From the NCBI GenBank assembly GCA_963733195.1, contig CAVTCR010000081.1, forward strand, positions 1 to 64,000: a stretch of DNA of 64,000 bases. The letters are read 5' to 3'. This document shows positions 22,451 through 34,548 of this stretch, one piece after another (the first letter of the stretch is position 1; each line of letters begins with the position of its first letter). The stretch comes from an uncultured delta proteobacterium. Lineage in GTDB: Bacteria; Desulfobacterota; Binatia; Bin18. The position numbers were made by a program, and so were the translations under genes. The notes under the pieces were generated by a model that made no database searches, was not told where the DNA came from, and worked only from the letters and a program-made list of their open reading frames with translations.

Positions 22451-22884
22451 ATGCCGGAGCGATGTGTAGACGCTAGCGTGGCGATCAAGTGGGTAGTGAA
22501 GTCGGAAACCTGGCGGAAGAAAGCGCGCCAGTTCTTACTGAACTCGCTCCGGGACGGGTATAACCTCATCGCTCCACCGCTGTTTGCCTATGAGACGGAA
22601 AGCATCTTGCAAGAGCGGTTGCATTCTGCAAACAATGATCGTTACGAAGTAGACCAAGCGCTGACACGGCTTGCGAGTTTTCGTGTACAACTGGTGACGC
22701 ATCCTGATATGGTGACACGCGCCCGTGCCATCGCCCGGCAATGCAATCAGCCGAGGATTTACGATGCGCTCTACGCCGCGCTTGCCGAACTGCGCGGGTG
22801 TGAATTCTGGACGGCAGACAAAAGGTTCTACGACGCAGTGACCACGAACCTGGCATTTGTGAAGTACTGCCGCACTACCTGTGA
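22451..22884 (+). CDS. vapC: VapC PIN toxin
   Basis: CVDASVAIKWV...LIAPPLFAYE...IYDALYAALA...FWTADKRF. Confidence 0.92.
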
Positions 22885-23158
22885 GCAATGTAAGGTGGGT
22901 CGATTGCTCATCTTCTGTCTTCTGTTTCCCATTTTCCGTCTTTTCCTTTTCGCCCTTTCCCCATTTCGCCTGTCTCTCTCCGTTTCCGCTTCTTTCTTTT
23001 CGACTCCCAGACTCTGAGACTCCTAGACTTCCTGCCCCCGTTTCCCCGGTTCCTGCCTTCCCTGTCTCTGTCTCGCTTGAGCCGTTTCAGGACAAAGGTT
23101 ATGCTCGCTGACAGAAGAGAAACGCTCGGGCTCTCACCATTGCAAGGAGATGATCGTC

Positions 23159-23400
23159 ATGACCAAGACTCCCTTGCTCACCACAGAACAGATGCAAACC
23201 CAATATCCCGGTCAGTGGCTTCTGGTCACGGACTACGACTGGACACTGCGACCTCCCTTCGTAAGGGTCGGGTCGTGGCTCATAGTAAAGATCGGGATGA
23301 GATCCATCGCGCCCTCAAGCACCATGCTGGCCATCTGTGTATTCACTTCACTGGCCGCGTGCCGCAGGATACCGTGGTGGTCTTTCCATGCCTTGAGTAA
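23159..23400 (+). CDS. small DUF5678-like protein (TA-associated), frameshifted; partner gene degenerate
   Basis: QYPGQWLLV.D......GRVVAHSKDRDEI...IHFTG. Confidence 0.6.
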
Positions 23401-23696
23401 CGTATGATCTCTCTGGCTCGTGGTTGCTATAGGACGATATTCCCTTTCGCCCCGTCTCCCGCTCACCCATTCACCCATTCACCCATTCGTCTTCTCGCCT
23501 GCCGTCTTCTGTTCTCTGTCTCACATCTCTGTCTGCCTTCCCCTTCAGCCTTTAGCCTTTTTCTTACTCTTGCTTTGGATTTTCTTCCGTTTCTAGACTC
23601 TCAGACTCCTAGACTCTCAGACTTCGGTGCCATTTCCCCTTTGTCCTCTCCCCGATTCATGGTAGAAGACAGGAAAGTTTGGAGAGGGCCATTCCT

Positions 23697-23981
23697 ATGG
23701 CGACATCAACCGAACAGATTGAAGAGTTTCGCAATCGGCTGCGAGAGGTAGATTTGCTTACCTGCTAGCTTTGACCGCGAGTTGCATCGGCTTCTAGATC
23801 TGAAAAGAGAAACCAACGGCAAACAGCACCGGACACGACGGCACAGAGAGTTTCGCCAGCAATATCCCCACCTCACGATTGATCCCGACCTGTTTGCTCT
23901 CGTTGGCATCCATCCCGCTACGCCGGTAGAAGAGGATAAGCCTCTGATCCGCGCGCAAATTTCCGGAGATTAACGGAGTGA
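23697..23981 (+). CDS. putative antitoxin, frameshifted
   Basis: MATSTEQIEEFRNRL...IDPDLFALVGIHP; GTGA overlap with the PIN gene. Confidence 0.6.
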
Positions 23982-24413
23982 GAATCCTGGTGATGTCAAC
24001 GTCTTCATTGACGTGGTGACAAAACGGGCAACTGGCAAGGCAGTTTGCGCGCCGTGAATCTTGCCCGTCCTCGCCAGAGATCGAAGGCTGGACTTCCGCA
24101 CTGACCGTCCCGCTCCTTTATTTCTTTCGGTTGCGAGTGACTGAGGAAGAGCAAGCTCGTGTAGACACCCAAGCCTTGGTCAAAGGATTCAGTCTTGTCC
24201 CCCTCATCCCAGACATTATCGACAAGGCCTGGCCTCGGTCCTGCCGATTTTGAAGATAATATCCAACTGATGAGTGCTGAGACAATTATTGCTGACCATA
24301 TCGTCACTCGGAACAAGAAACATTTTCAGCCAGCCCCGATCTCCGTTCTCACTCCGGAAGAATGGCTTGCTCTTGACGCAGTTGCCGGACTTGAAGCGAA
24401 CTTACAAGACTAA
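23978..24413 (+). CDS. PIN-domain toxin, frameshifted
   Basis: MRILVDVNVFIDV...DFEDNIQL.SA....D.IVTRNKKHF....VLTPEE. Confidence 0.85.
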
Positions 24414-24614
24414 ACCATTTGTTTCGTTCTCGCTTTCTATTTTTCTGTCTGTCCCTTTTTCCATTTCACCGTTGCCCCATTTCCCCTTTTCGCCCTTTCT
24501 CTCTTCTCCCCTACAGCCTGAAGCCTTTAGCCTTTCTGTACTGACAACTGATACCTGGCAACTGGCAACTCTGTCTCTTTTCTCTGTCTTTTTTACTTTT
24601 GACTTTTGATTTCT

Positions 24615-25430
24615 CTTAGCTTCTTTCGCTTGCATCCGCGCGAGAGCGGGCGGAGGGTACGGTACCGTCTCGTAGGGATCTTTACTGTCGCGGGGTTGTT
24701 TGATCCGGCGTTTTTCCGAAATGATATGCAGATTCACGTTACTCGTTGGGGACGGTGTACCGGGCTTGATTTGCACGAACTGGATTGCTTTATTGATAGC
24801 AACATCGGGCATCTCAAGCTGCCTGTCGGGTTCGGCGCACAGGCTTACCATCTATTTGTATGCTCTCGACAAACACCACGGTTTGATTTGTCGGAAGAAG
24901 GTAGCTAGGCGACCTAGACAAGGCTCGCTTGGTCTTACCTGTGACTTTTGTTCGAGGCTTCCCAGCGGCAAGCGTCCCTGTGGCGCCGTTGCCGCCTAGT
25001 GGGATTCCTAAAGCTTGAGCGTTCCTCCTCCTGCGATACTGAAGGTATAGAGGCGAGAGAACCACCACTCCCGCCACCCCAGTGGTCGCCCGGTAGCCGC
25101 GTGTTCACCAGCGTCGTTGTTGTTGCAGAGGTGATCGTAGTTCGCACACCTTAAACGCCACAGTATTGTCGACGGTGTACCGCTAAAGCTTGTCCCCGGA
25201 TCATACTGTTGTTCCATCGCTCCATTTCGGGGGATAGCCGAGACAGAAAGCCTGGTAGTTGAGCGTTTGATTTCCAGGTCTTCAACCGATCGTCGACGTA
25301 CTCGATGACATTGCTGCGATCGATCACTTCGTCATTGCCCACTCGTCGTAGAATACTGAAACGTGATCGGCGCTTGGGTAAGTACCGGCGTTGCCAGCAC
25401 AATGCGAGGAACAAGCGGTCAACCAGTGCG
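24615..25430 (-). pseudogene. unidentified fragmented coding sequence opposite to the TA array
   Basis: ORF pieces 25151-25414, 24814-25077 and 24402-24851 read as one protein-like stretch across frameshifts; no family recognised. Confidence 0.3.
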
Positions 25431-25542
25431 ACCTGTGCGGTCAGTGTCCGCTCGCCCCTGCCGGCACCTCCCGGCCGTATTCTCTTCTTTTGCCCCTGTG
25501 GTACAGTTTCCTTGCTACGCGGAAAAAAGGCACGGGACGGTT

Positions 25543-25829
25543 ATGCACACCGTCACATCGATCTCTCGCTAGAAACTACAAGTTGAGAGCAGCGCAGAGC
25601 GGCAGCGTGGTTTGGCGTTGCTCGAACGGCGCTGAGTCACATGAAGTGGTGCGTCCGCAAACTGCCCGCAACGTTCTCCAAGCCGCAGGGCGAGTTCGCC
25701 GCTGGTTCAACCCTGCGCGACAGGATCATTCCAGGTGTTACACTTGATGAAGTTCGCACGATTCTCTCACACGCTTCCGGCCCCTCGCTCAGCGACCTCA
25801 TCCAAGAGCAACGAGGCGCGAAGTCGTGA
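25543..25829 (+). CDS. putative antitoxin, frameshifted
   Basis: ...LQAAGRV...IPGVTLDEVR..LS....PSLSDLI.EQRG; GTGA overlap with VapC. Confidence 0.65.
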
Positions 25830-26337
25830 CGGAGTAGACTCGAGCGCTCTGGTCAAACGCTACGCGGATGAATCCGGCAGTACGTGGATGCGGCAGATTA
25901 CTGATCCGTCTATTCAACACACAATCTTGCTTGCCGAGATTACGCTCGCAGAGGTAGCGGCGGCACTGGCGGCCAAACAGCGCGCTCCTGGTGGCAGCAC
26001 GCAAGAGCAGCGGGACCGGGTTCTGAGTCGCTTCTTGCAGGATTGTGCTGAACACTTCGTTTTGCTCCCTGTGGATCGCCTTGTGATTGACCGCGCGGTA
26101 GAGTTGACCCAGCGCCACCGCTTGCGCGGGTATGACGCGGTTCAACTGGCCACTGCTCTGGTTACAAATGAAACTCTGCAAACGCAAAATTTACCTTCCC
26201 CTATCTTTGTCGCCTCAGACAGAGACCTCCTGACTGCCGCAACAGCAGAGGGGATTCCGGTAGACAACCCGCTGAACCATGCTGATCTTGATCCCCAGCT
26301 CTCAAAACTTGACCCCAAAAGCAACCCTGATAACTGA
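25826..26337 (+). CDS. vapC: VapC PIN toxin
   Basis: DSSALVKRY..ESGS...EVAAAL...LRGYDAVQLATAL...FVASDRDL. Confidence 0.92.
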
Positions 26338-26573
26338 CAACTTGTTTTATCGCCTTTTCCCTTTTTCAACTGACAACTGGCAACTGATGCCTGGCAACTT
26401 TTTTCACTTTTGCCTTTTGCTTTTCTTCTGACTCTAGACTCCCAGACTCTCAGACTCCTAGACTTCCGGTCCCCGTTTCCCCTCAGCCTTCAACCTATTT
26501 CGCCTCTTCTCCAGCGCACCGTTTTGTTGCACGACACTTGTCCCGCCAGCGCGGAAGGCTTAGGTTGTTGTTT

Positions 26574-26849
26574 ATGAGCCTGGGAACCGAAGTCACGTAT
26601 CAGTACCTTGAGCCACGCCCGCACCCATGGCGGAAAATTCTCTGGATCAGCGGTCGTAATATGCACGTGTGGCACCTCGTGGCCACGATGCTTCGAGAGG
26701 AAGAGACGCCGGAAGAAACGGCCAGGAATTTCGGCTTGCCGGTGGCAGCGGTGCGCGAAGCTCTCGACTATTACCGGCGCAATAAGACGCTGGTGGATGC
26801 AGAGATCGAAGAAGAAGGACGGCGATTGCGCGCCAAAGGCCAGCTCTAA
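26574..26849 (+). CDS. DUF433 domain protein, without DUF5615 partner
   Basis: LWISGRNMHVWHLV....TPEETARNFGLPVAAVREALDYY. Confidence 0.8.
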   Translation: MSLGTEVTYQYLEPRPHPWRKILWISGRNMHVWHLVATMLREEETPEETARNFGLPVAAVREALDYYRRNKTLVDAEIEEEGRRLRAKGQL

Positions 26850-26861
26850 GGAGCGAACGAT

Positions 26862-27173
26862 ATGTCTACTTGGGAACAAGAGGTAGGAGAACTCAAAATA
26901 CGTGTAGAGCCTTGGAAACAGCCGTGCCAAGTTGGCCGATCAATGCACAGCCAAGGCTCTCGCCAGAACCAGACCAGCTTGCAGACCCAGAACAGCTCTT
27001 GACTTGGCTCAACGCCGAAGGCTTGGTTCGTCATCCGACTAGCCGAAGAACAGCGTCTGGCCGCTGAGTGGGACGCTCTGCCAGAAGAGGAAAAACAGGA
27101 GCATGTGCGTTTCATGCGGAGTCTGCGTCTCGATCCACCTCTGAGCCAGATTCTTATTGAGAGCCGTCGCTAA
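26862..27173 (+). CDS. putative antitoxin, frameshifted
   Basis: MSTWEQEVGELK...LDPPLSQILIESRR, directly before VapC. Confidence 0.65.
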
Positions 27174-27179
27174 CCCCTT

Positions 27180-27665
27180 ATGGCTCTGTATTATTGCGAT
27201 ATCAGCGCGCTGGTCAAATACTACGTCACTGAGCCGGGCAGTACATGGGTTCGTCAGCTCATCGAGAGCGAGACGAAGAACCCCATGCGTTTCCGTCACG
27301 CTATCCTCATCGCTGACATCACCGTGTAGAGGTTGCGGCGGGGCTTGCCATCATCGACGTGTAGGCCGGGTCAGGAGGTCAGAGCGTGACCGAGAGTACG
27401 CTCACTTTCTTGCTTAATGTGTCCATCGCTATACTAGCCTTCCGCTCACACCTATCGATCTGGAAACAGCCGCAGCTCTGACCCAACGTCATCCCCTCAA
27501 AGCTTACGATGCCGTGCAATTGGCTGTGGCTTTGCGTTATTATTTTTTGGCCGCTCATCCTCTCACTTTCGTCTGCAGCGATAACACCCTCATTACCGCT
27601 GCTCAAACCGAAGGGCTTTCCACCGCTAACCCTTTCGATCATATTGTTCCCAGAAGACCAGTAAA
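27180..27665 (+). CDS. vapC: VapC PIN toxin, frameshifted (paralog of 25826-26337)
   Basis: YYCDISALVKYYVTEPGS...EVAAGL...HPLKAYDAVQLAVAL...FVCSD..L..AA..EGL. Confidence 0.88.
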
Positions 27666-27967
27666 ACTTTCCGACTGCCGCTTTGCCTTCTCTTTTCCCT
27701 ATAGCCTGAAGCCTTAGCCTATTTCCCGTTTCGCCCTGTCGCCCCGTCTCCGTTTCTTTGTTTTCGACTCCCAGACTCCCAGACCCTTAGACTCCTAGAC
27801 TCTAGACCCTAGACTTTCTGTCCCCGTTTCGCCCTTTTTCCCTTCTCCCCTACAGCCTGAAGCCAATAGCCTGTGGCCTTTTTTCTCCGCTTCCCTCTCT
27901 GTCTCTCTTAGAGAGCAAGTCGCCAGAGCACCCGGCTATTGAAAGAAAAAACCAGTAGGATTTCCCG

Positions 27968-30900
27968 TTAAACCGGCAACGCACTCCTGAGTGTTAGTCC
28001 CGCACATGGGTCTCGCAATGGCCGAAGCGAACAGTTATTATAGTCAGCGGTAAAAACTTCCACTATTTCCTGGCAGAGTCTTTCGACACCTTCTTGGCCA
28101 AGATCCTTGAGAGATGTTATTGAGGGGTCTGTTTTATTACCTAGTAGTTCCACGACACAATCAATTAAGCCGCACACGATCGCTTCACATACTTCCGGGT
28201 GCAGGTTGCAAAATGTGGCAACTGTCACGACCACTGCTGGCACTCCTCTCCCAGTTGGATCTGTAAATCTCGTAGAATTATTAAAGACATAACGATAAAG
28301 ATTTACATCTCCTCCATTAAACCCAATCAGATCTTCACTAATAAATCGTCCGGCGATCGGATTGTAAAACCGCGCTCGATAGTAATAGAGATTTCCCGTT
28401 ATCGGCACTCTGCCAGTAAACTGGAAAGGATATTTACCTCCGCTTGCTGTCGTTTGTCCGAATGGTTCGTAGAGACTGCGAACTGCTCGACCCGTTCTGA
28501 TCGGTCGTGGCAGTTGTACTGTTGATGGTGTCGGTTAAGCCAAAGTTGGTCTGACCACCCGATCCAACAACCGCGAGATGCGTGTCGATACTCTGCCCGG
28601 TCAGAATGTGAGCTGACTGCTATCACTGTTCTTCTGGTAGGCGATGTTGGTTATCTCATCTAAGACAAACTCTTGCGACGATGGATTTGCTCCGCTGACG
28701 CTCTTGCGAATGAGATTCCCAGCAAAGTCATAGAGGAAACTGATTGTTTGACCATCGGGCGTTGTAAGAGACGCGAGACGATTCCTAGCGTCCCAGCGAG
28801 TAGGTTGTTGTTCCCTCTAAACCAGTTTCTGAAGTTAGATTGCCATTGTCATCGTAGGCGAACGTCTTTGCTCCGCTTTGTGTCAAACGATTACCGTTGT
28901 CATACGAGTTGCTCACAGGCTGCGTGATCAACAGCTGGGCGATGTTGGTGGCGTAGCTCGTGCGGTTGCCAACCGCATCGTATTCATACGTCTGAGTGTT
29001 CAGTACCGTGGCGTCCTTGGCATGGGTGAGGGACAGTACTCGCCCAATCGGGTCATACTCATACGTCGTAGCGACACCATTAGAGCGGGTGATGTCGAGA
29101 AGCTGATCTCTAGCGTCATAGCTGAAATCTACCGTCGCCTGGGGCATCGCTGCCTTCAGCAGGTTCCCCACCGGGTCATAATCGTAATCAACCGGTGGCT
29201 GACCGACTACCTGACGGGTAGTGACTCGTCCGAGCGGGTCGTATCCGTACTGCACGGTGCCAAACGGACTGGCCGCGCTGGTCGTGCGACCGACGAGGTC
29301 GTAGGTGAAGGTAAAATCACCGCCGACGGAATCTTCCACCCGCACAAGGCGGCCACGCGCGTCGTAGAAGCGTTGCACACTTCCATCTTGGTAGGTCTCG
29401 CTAACCAACTGGTCCAGCGCGTTGTAAGCGAAGGAACTTTGCTGCCCGAGTCGATCTGTGAAGGTCGTCAGATTCCCGTTGAGGTCATAGACGCGCGTGT
29501 CGGTCTTCTCGAGTGGGGTCTTTTTCGTCTTGAGGCGATCCCTATCGTCATAGGTGAACGAAGTGGTGTTGCCCCGCGCATCCGTAACCGAAAGCAAGTT
29601 GCCAATAGGATCATAGGCAAATCTCGTTCGCGTCGTTCTTCGCGTTAGTCTGTGCCACGACCTGGTCAAGATTGTCGTACGTCGTGCCGGTTTTTCTGGT
29701 GAGTGTGTCGATCGTTTCGACCTGTCGTGAAATGGCATCATATCTGAATAACGTAATGTGATTGAGCGGGTCGGTGATGGAGATGAGGTTGCTAAGAGCG
29801 TCGTAGGCGAACATCGTGCGTTGGCTAAGCGGGTCGATGATCTCAGTCAACAGGCCGGCACTGTCATATCCAAAAGAGGTAGTGTGATTATTCTCGTCCG
29901 TCCGTTTGGACAGGTTCCCGCGTGCGTCATAGGTAAACTTGGTGATGTTGCCGAGCGGGTCCTTAATCGAAGCGACACGGTTGAAAGCCGATTCATACAT
30001 GAAGGTTGTGGTCTGTCCCAGCGCATCAGTACGCGTCAGCACGTTCCCTTTGGCGTCATAAGTAAAGCTCTGGTCACCGGCACTCTGGTTGCCACAGGCG
30101 GTGCAGGTGGCGTTTCCCTTAACGGCCAACAGCAGGCTCGTGGCTGGGTCTCGCTCAAAGGTCTTCGCCTGCCCCAATGCGTCGGTCACCTCGCGCAAGA
30201 ACCCTTGCGGGTCCCAGCGGTAGGTCGTCGTGTGACCCCGCGGATTGACCGCAACTGCGCCCGTCGGCGCGTCCTCGGGTCCAAGATATGTGAATGACCA
30301 GGTCCCCCCATCAGCCTGGTGCTCCTTGATCACGCGACCCTTGGCATCGTACTCGGTTCTCAGGTACGTAATGCCCCGTGCGTCTACGATGGAACGAATC
30401 CCTCCTGCTGTCGCATCGTAACTATACCGCGTCACCCCACCCGCCGGATCGGTGACGGTCTCAAGACGCCCAGTCCCGTCATAGCTATAGCGGACAACAC
30501 GTGTCAGCGGATCGCTGATCGCCGAGATCCTGTCAGCAGTGTACGAGATCACTATGCGCGGCCCGCAGGTTCGACAATTCGTGAAACCTGGTTACCACTG
30601 CGTTCGATGAGGAGGCGGTTTCCATTCGGGTCAAGCTGCTCGGCTAGAAGATAAATCCCTCCGACAGACCCAGGCACGAAGCGCCACTGCGCGCCGTCCT
30701 TGAAGCGCAAGAAATACTCCCCTCCACTGGCACTGAGCGTGGCACCGGCAAAGCGAGGACGGGTCGTATTTATAAACGACCCATCCGGCTGCAAAACAAA
30801 GGAGAATCGTGCATTGCCCGGTAGAATAAGGGTGCGTAATTTCGAGCTTTCTTCCTCGAGCACGACGTCTACTGACAGCGCCCAGCCTGGCCCTAGGCCC

Positions 30901-33726
30901 AGTTGAAATCCGGCGATCCCGCGAAACGGGTCATGGGGGTTGTAGGTGCGGTGGATCACTGCGGGGATCCGGCCCTGGAGCGTCAAATCGGTCTTCTCCA
31001 CAATCGTCTGCCCCAAGAATAAATCGACTGGGTTGCTGCCGGTACAGCCATCCGGATTGCGGTTCGGCTGAGCCTTTTGCAGAGAGATGAAGCAGGACAT
31101 CCCGCATACACCGCAGAAACGTTCGATTCCTACACCTGGATCAGAGGCAATCGTGGTCCCATCTTCGCTCACGGTTCCGAGCCCAGCCTTCCGCCATTCT
31201 CCAGGAACACCTGGAAGAGGAGCAGCATCGTAGTACCAGAGTTCGGCCTTCTCGCCCGGCTTGAGATCGAGGTCGTTCGGAAGGGTCACCGGGATCGGGG
31301 CTGAGGGTAAACCGCCCATCGGCGTGCCGAAGAAGGGCTGGTACAGAGAGCGGGTCGGACCGGGCGGTGGCGGCACCGGTAGGCGATCAGGGGACAGCCG
31401 TTCCATGGCCATCTGTGACTTGAGGATCCCATCCCAACCGGTGATCGTCACCCCGGCAGGTAAGGTGAAAGACGCTCCTGGATAGCGAGCGTCGGTGATG
31501 ACTTGAGCTTGTGTGGCATTTTGGATCGGAGTAAAGCGCTCGGACGGTGGCGGCGGGTAAATAAATTGTGGGGGCAACTGCACGGCCTGTCCAGCTACTA
31601 ACGTGACACTGACGCCAAAGATGGGAAATTTCGGGTTCGCAGGGGTAGCATCAACCGACATGACCTGGTCCCCAGCGGGGAGATCCAGGAGCAGAAAATT
31701 TCCTCCACTATCTGTTTGTGTTGTCTTGTCGGTCACTGAAACCTTGACGTTTGCCAGAGGAGTGCCGGAAACCAGTCTGATCTGTCCGAGCAAGGCGGTA
31801 CGGCCACCAGCAAGAACCGTAACGCTCGCCGACGCCGACTGGGTCACATCCTGGCCGTTCACTTGAGCTGTACCAGTGACGGTAAAGACTGTGGATGTTT
31901 CGGCTGCATTCTGGCTGGCCTGGACGGTGAGCGTCGCTGACTGTCCAGCAGTGATAGTCGGTGCCGAAAAACTCCCGCTGACCCCTAGAGGGAGGCCTAC
32001 GACATTGAGGGTTGCCAGTTGAGAGAAACTGCTTGTGGCGCTCAGAGAGACGGTGTAGCTCACCGATGAGCCTTGGAGGACATTCGTGGCGCCCGGCTGT
32101 GCAGTGATGATGAAAGGAGTGATTTCATCGCTCCCGTTACAATCTTCATCAACCCCGTTGCCAGGGATTTCTGGCGCGGGCAGGACTTGCCCGTCGCACA
32201 CGCCGAAGGTCTTGTCAGGTTTGCAGGTCTTCGTGCCCGCTTTGCATTGTCCTACCCCTTTGGTCTCGGATGGTCCGTCGTAACACTCCTTGATTTCACC
32301 AGGGGTGCACTCTCCGATTGGCTCGTCCTGTCCGTTACAGTCCTCATCGATGCCGTTGCCGGGGATTTCTGGTGCGGGCAGCACCTCCCCTTCACACGGT
32401 CCGAAAGTCCCGTCAGGCTGACAGGTCTCCGTACCGCCCCGACAGAGCCCGACATCCTTAGTGCCGCCCGGTCCTGTGTAACAGGCTTGCGTCGCTCCCG
32501 GTTCACACTCCCCCACGGTGATGGTGACCTTCGCCGAATTCGGCGCGCTGTCCACCTTGCCATCGTTGACAATGAGTTGCACGACATAGAGCCCAACTAC
32601 ATCCGGGATGAACGTTGGGTTGACGATGGTGGAGTCTGATAAGACGGTGTTGCTATCGTCGGGAACGGAGATAAACGACCACCGATAGCTCAATGGGTCT
32701 CCGTCTACGTCGCTGGAGTCGTGCCCATTAAGCTGTATGGTCTGATTGACGAGCCCGGGCAGGTCCGGCCCCGCGTTTGCCACTGGAGCGCTATTTTCCG
32801 TGGAGACGATGACGATGTCGGCGTCGCTTTCGGTGACTCCGTCTTTGACGATCAACCGCACTCGGTAGGTCCCCGCCTTATCCGCCACAAAGCTGGGGGC
32901 TGGTGTTGTTGAACCAGCTAACACAGCGGTGCTGCCCGCTGGCGTACTCGTCAACGTCCACTGATACGTTAAAGGGTCTCCGTCCGGATCAGACGAGGCG
33001 CTGCCGTCAAGTTGGACAGATCCTCCAGCAGACACCGTTTGGTCCGGCCCCGCGTTCGCAGTTGGGGCACTGTTCGTGGTGCTGATCACCACAGTATCGG
33101 GAGTACTACTGGCGTTCAGATCTTTCACTACCAGTTGGATTTCGTAGTTCCCAGGTTTATCGGCCACAAAGGTGGGGAGAACCGCCGTCGGATTGGTTAA
33201 CGTCGCTGCGCCGCCTAGCGGTCGAGTCCGCAATTCCCACTGAAAGGTCAGTTCCTCCCCATCCATGTCGCTCGATTCGCTGCCGTTGAGTTGTACCGTC
33301 GCGTTCACCTGGACGGTCTGGTCACGGCCGGCATGAGCTACCGGACGGGTGTTACCGCTAATCTTCCACACCAAATCGGCCGGGTTGAAGGGCGTGCTGC
33401 GGTCCTGGCGGATGGTGAACGTAATCTGTGCAAGCAACGGTCTTTCCTGCTGGCACATTGCCGCAGGTGAGGCTGCCATCGATGACCACCGTCTTAGGTG
33501 ATTTGCTGGTAAGTGTGGCAGTGACACCGAGAACGTCGGCTGTGTCAGGGTTAGTGACACTCGCTTTATAGACATAGTCGAACTCGGTGCGGGTAACACG
33601 GGTACTGCTGATGAGCTGGTAGGATCCAATAGTGAGGTTCGACACCGCAGCGCGGCCAGTGAGCAGCGAAGACAGCAAAGCCGTCGCTACCACCGTTAGG
33701 ATCACCGACCGCACGAGGTTCTTCAT
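27968..33726 (-). CDS. giant secreted Rhs/YD-repeat protein (signal peptide, 3 PKD/REJ-like, 2 Cys-rich MopE-like repeats, Ig and carboxypeptidase-regulatory-like domains, DUF6531-like, YD repeats, Rhs core, short C-terminal domain); frameshifted
   Basis: ORFs 33358-33735, 30552-33629, 29611-30552, 28785-29741, 27968-28408 are collinear; PVAHAGRDQ/PTANAGPDQ/PVANAGPD, EIPGNGIDEDCNG x2, NPVDLFLG, LYYYRARFYNP..GRFISED, NSTRFTDPTG. Confidence 0.9.
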
Positions 33727-33780
33727 TGCCAACATGTTGTTACCGTTCGTCGCTCACCGAATCACACCGAACCGTACGCC

Positions 33781-33816
33781 CCCTCACCTTAACCCTCTCC
33801 CGCGAGGGGAGAGGGA
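33781..33816. repeat. REP-like element (CCCTCACC.TAACCCTCTCCC..GGGAGAGGG)
   Basis: ccctcaccttaaccctctcccgcgaggggagaggga. Confidence 0.65.
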
Positions 33817-33824
33817 ATTCTCTC

Positions 33825-34382
33825 TCACCCGTTTTCGCATAAGACCCAGGCCGACCAGCCTGTGCCGACCAGGAGAAAGGTGCCTGGCTCTGGGATCACC
33901 CCACGAGGAATGGTCTGCCCAGTATCGAGCGTCTGGAGAAAATTACCTTGCGCATCAAACTCATTGACCTCAAACGGCTGGACGCCCGGAGTTGTACCTG
34001 TAGCACCCAACCACACGAAACTGAGGCTAAACGGGCCAGACAATAATGCGCCATTGAGTAAGGCAAGGGCGGAATAGCGTCCCGGATCGGGAATGTTCGG
34101 GTCTGGCTGGAAGATCAAGATGCCCCAATCCGGTACTGTCGGAGGCGGATCTTCGAGGTCACTGTATAAGATTGGATTAAAGAGCACTTCGAAGGCGACG
34201 TTTTCCTGCGGAGTGAAATCGCTGACAAAATAGAGGTACTGCCAGAGATCGCCTCCGTTTGGCCCAGGAGTAGCGAGGTCGATGGCTTCGAACTCAATGG
34301 TGATCGCCTGTGCAGGTCGCGGCACGGTCGATGGAAAGAGCAGTACACTTATCGCCAGTAAGAGTAGGATAGGTTTGTTCAT
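33825..34382 (-). CDS. PEP-CTERM sorting-domain protein
   Basis: signal peptide MNKPILLLLAISVLLF...AQA; C-terminal IPEPGTFLLVGTG followed, across an indel, by LVGLGLMRKR. Confidence 0.88.
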   Translation of the reverse strand: MNKPILLLLAISVLLFPSTVPRPAQAITIEFEAIDLATPGPNGGDLWQYLYFVSDFTPQENVAFEVLFNPILYSDLEDPPPTVPDWGILIFQPDPNIPDPGRYSALALLNGALLSGPFSLSFVWLGATGTTPGVQPFEVNEFDAQGNFLQTLDTGQTIPRGVIPEPGTFLLVGTGWSAWVLCENG

Positions 34383-34548
34383 GATGCAGGCCTCCAGTAG
34401 TAATGAGGGGGAGTTGGCGACGGGCACGGAAAGCACGCCCTGTATGACTCCCCCTTTTTCCCCTTGCAAACGCTCCTCATTTATGGGAGGTCTACCATAG
34501 GTCGGAGTAGGGAGTCCTGACAAAATGTTGACATTTCTCGGAGCACGT

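Larger units (their letters stand above)
22890..27910 (+). repeat. five pyrimidine-rich spacers with shared short-repeat blocks (22890-23100, 23430-23690, 24414-24625, 26338-26530, 27670-27910)
   Basis: (Y)AGACTCY octamer runs at 23001, 23593, 26428, 27766; CAGCCTGAAGCC.TAGCCT-like at 24511, 27700, 27850; CTGACAACTGGCAACT-like at 24541, 26370. Confidence 0.8.

Noticed and set aside
22890-27910. CRISPR array or attC array in the TA spacers
   Set aside because: Repeats are 7-8-mer degenerate runs with no constant 23-47 bp repeat/spacer period, no RYYYAAC...GTTRRRY palindromes and no cas or intI gene
28878-30297. Long + strand ORFs (256 and 179 aa) opposite the Rhs, and similar antisense ORFs such as 51496-52209
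   Set aside because: Shadow ORFs from codon bias of the real genes on the other strand
27968-33726. Rhs as effector of the nearby T6SS
   Set aside because: Has a Sec-type signal peptide and PKD stalk, no PAAR/VgrG domain or chaperone gene; the T6SS here is fragmentary
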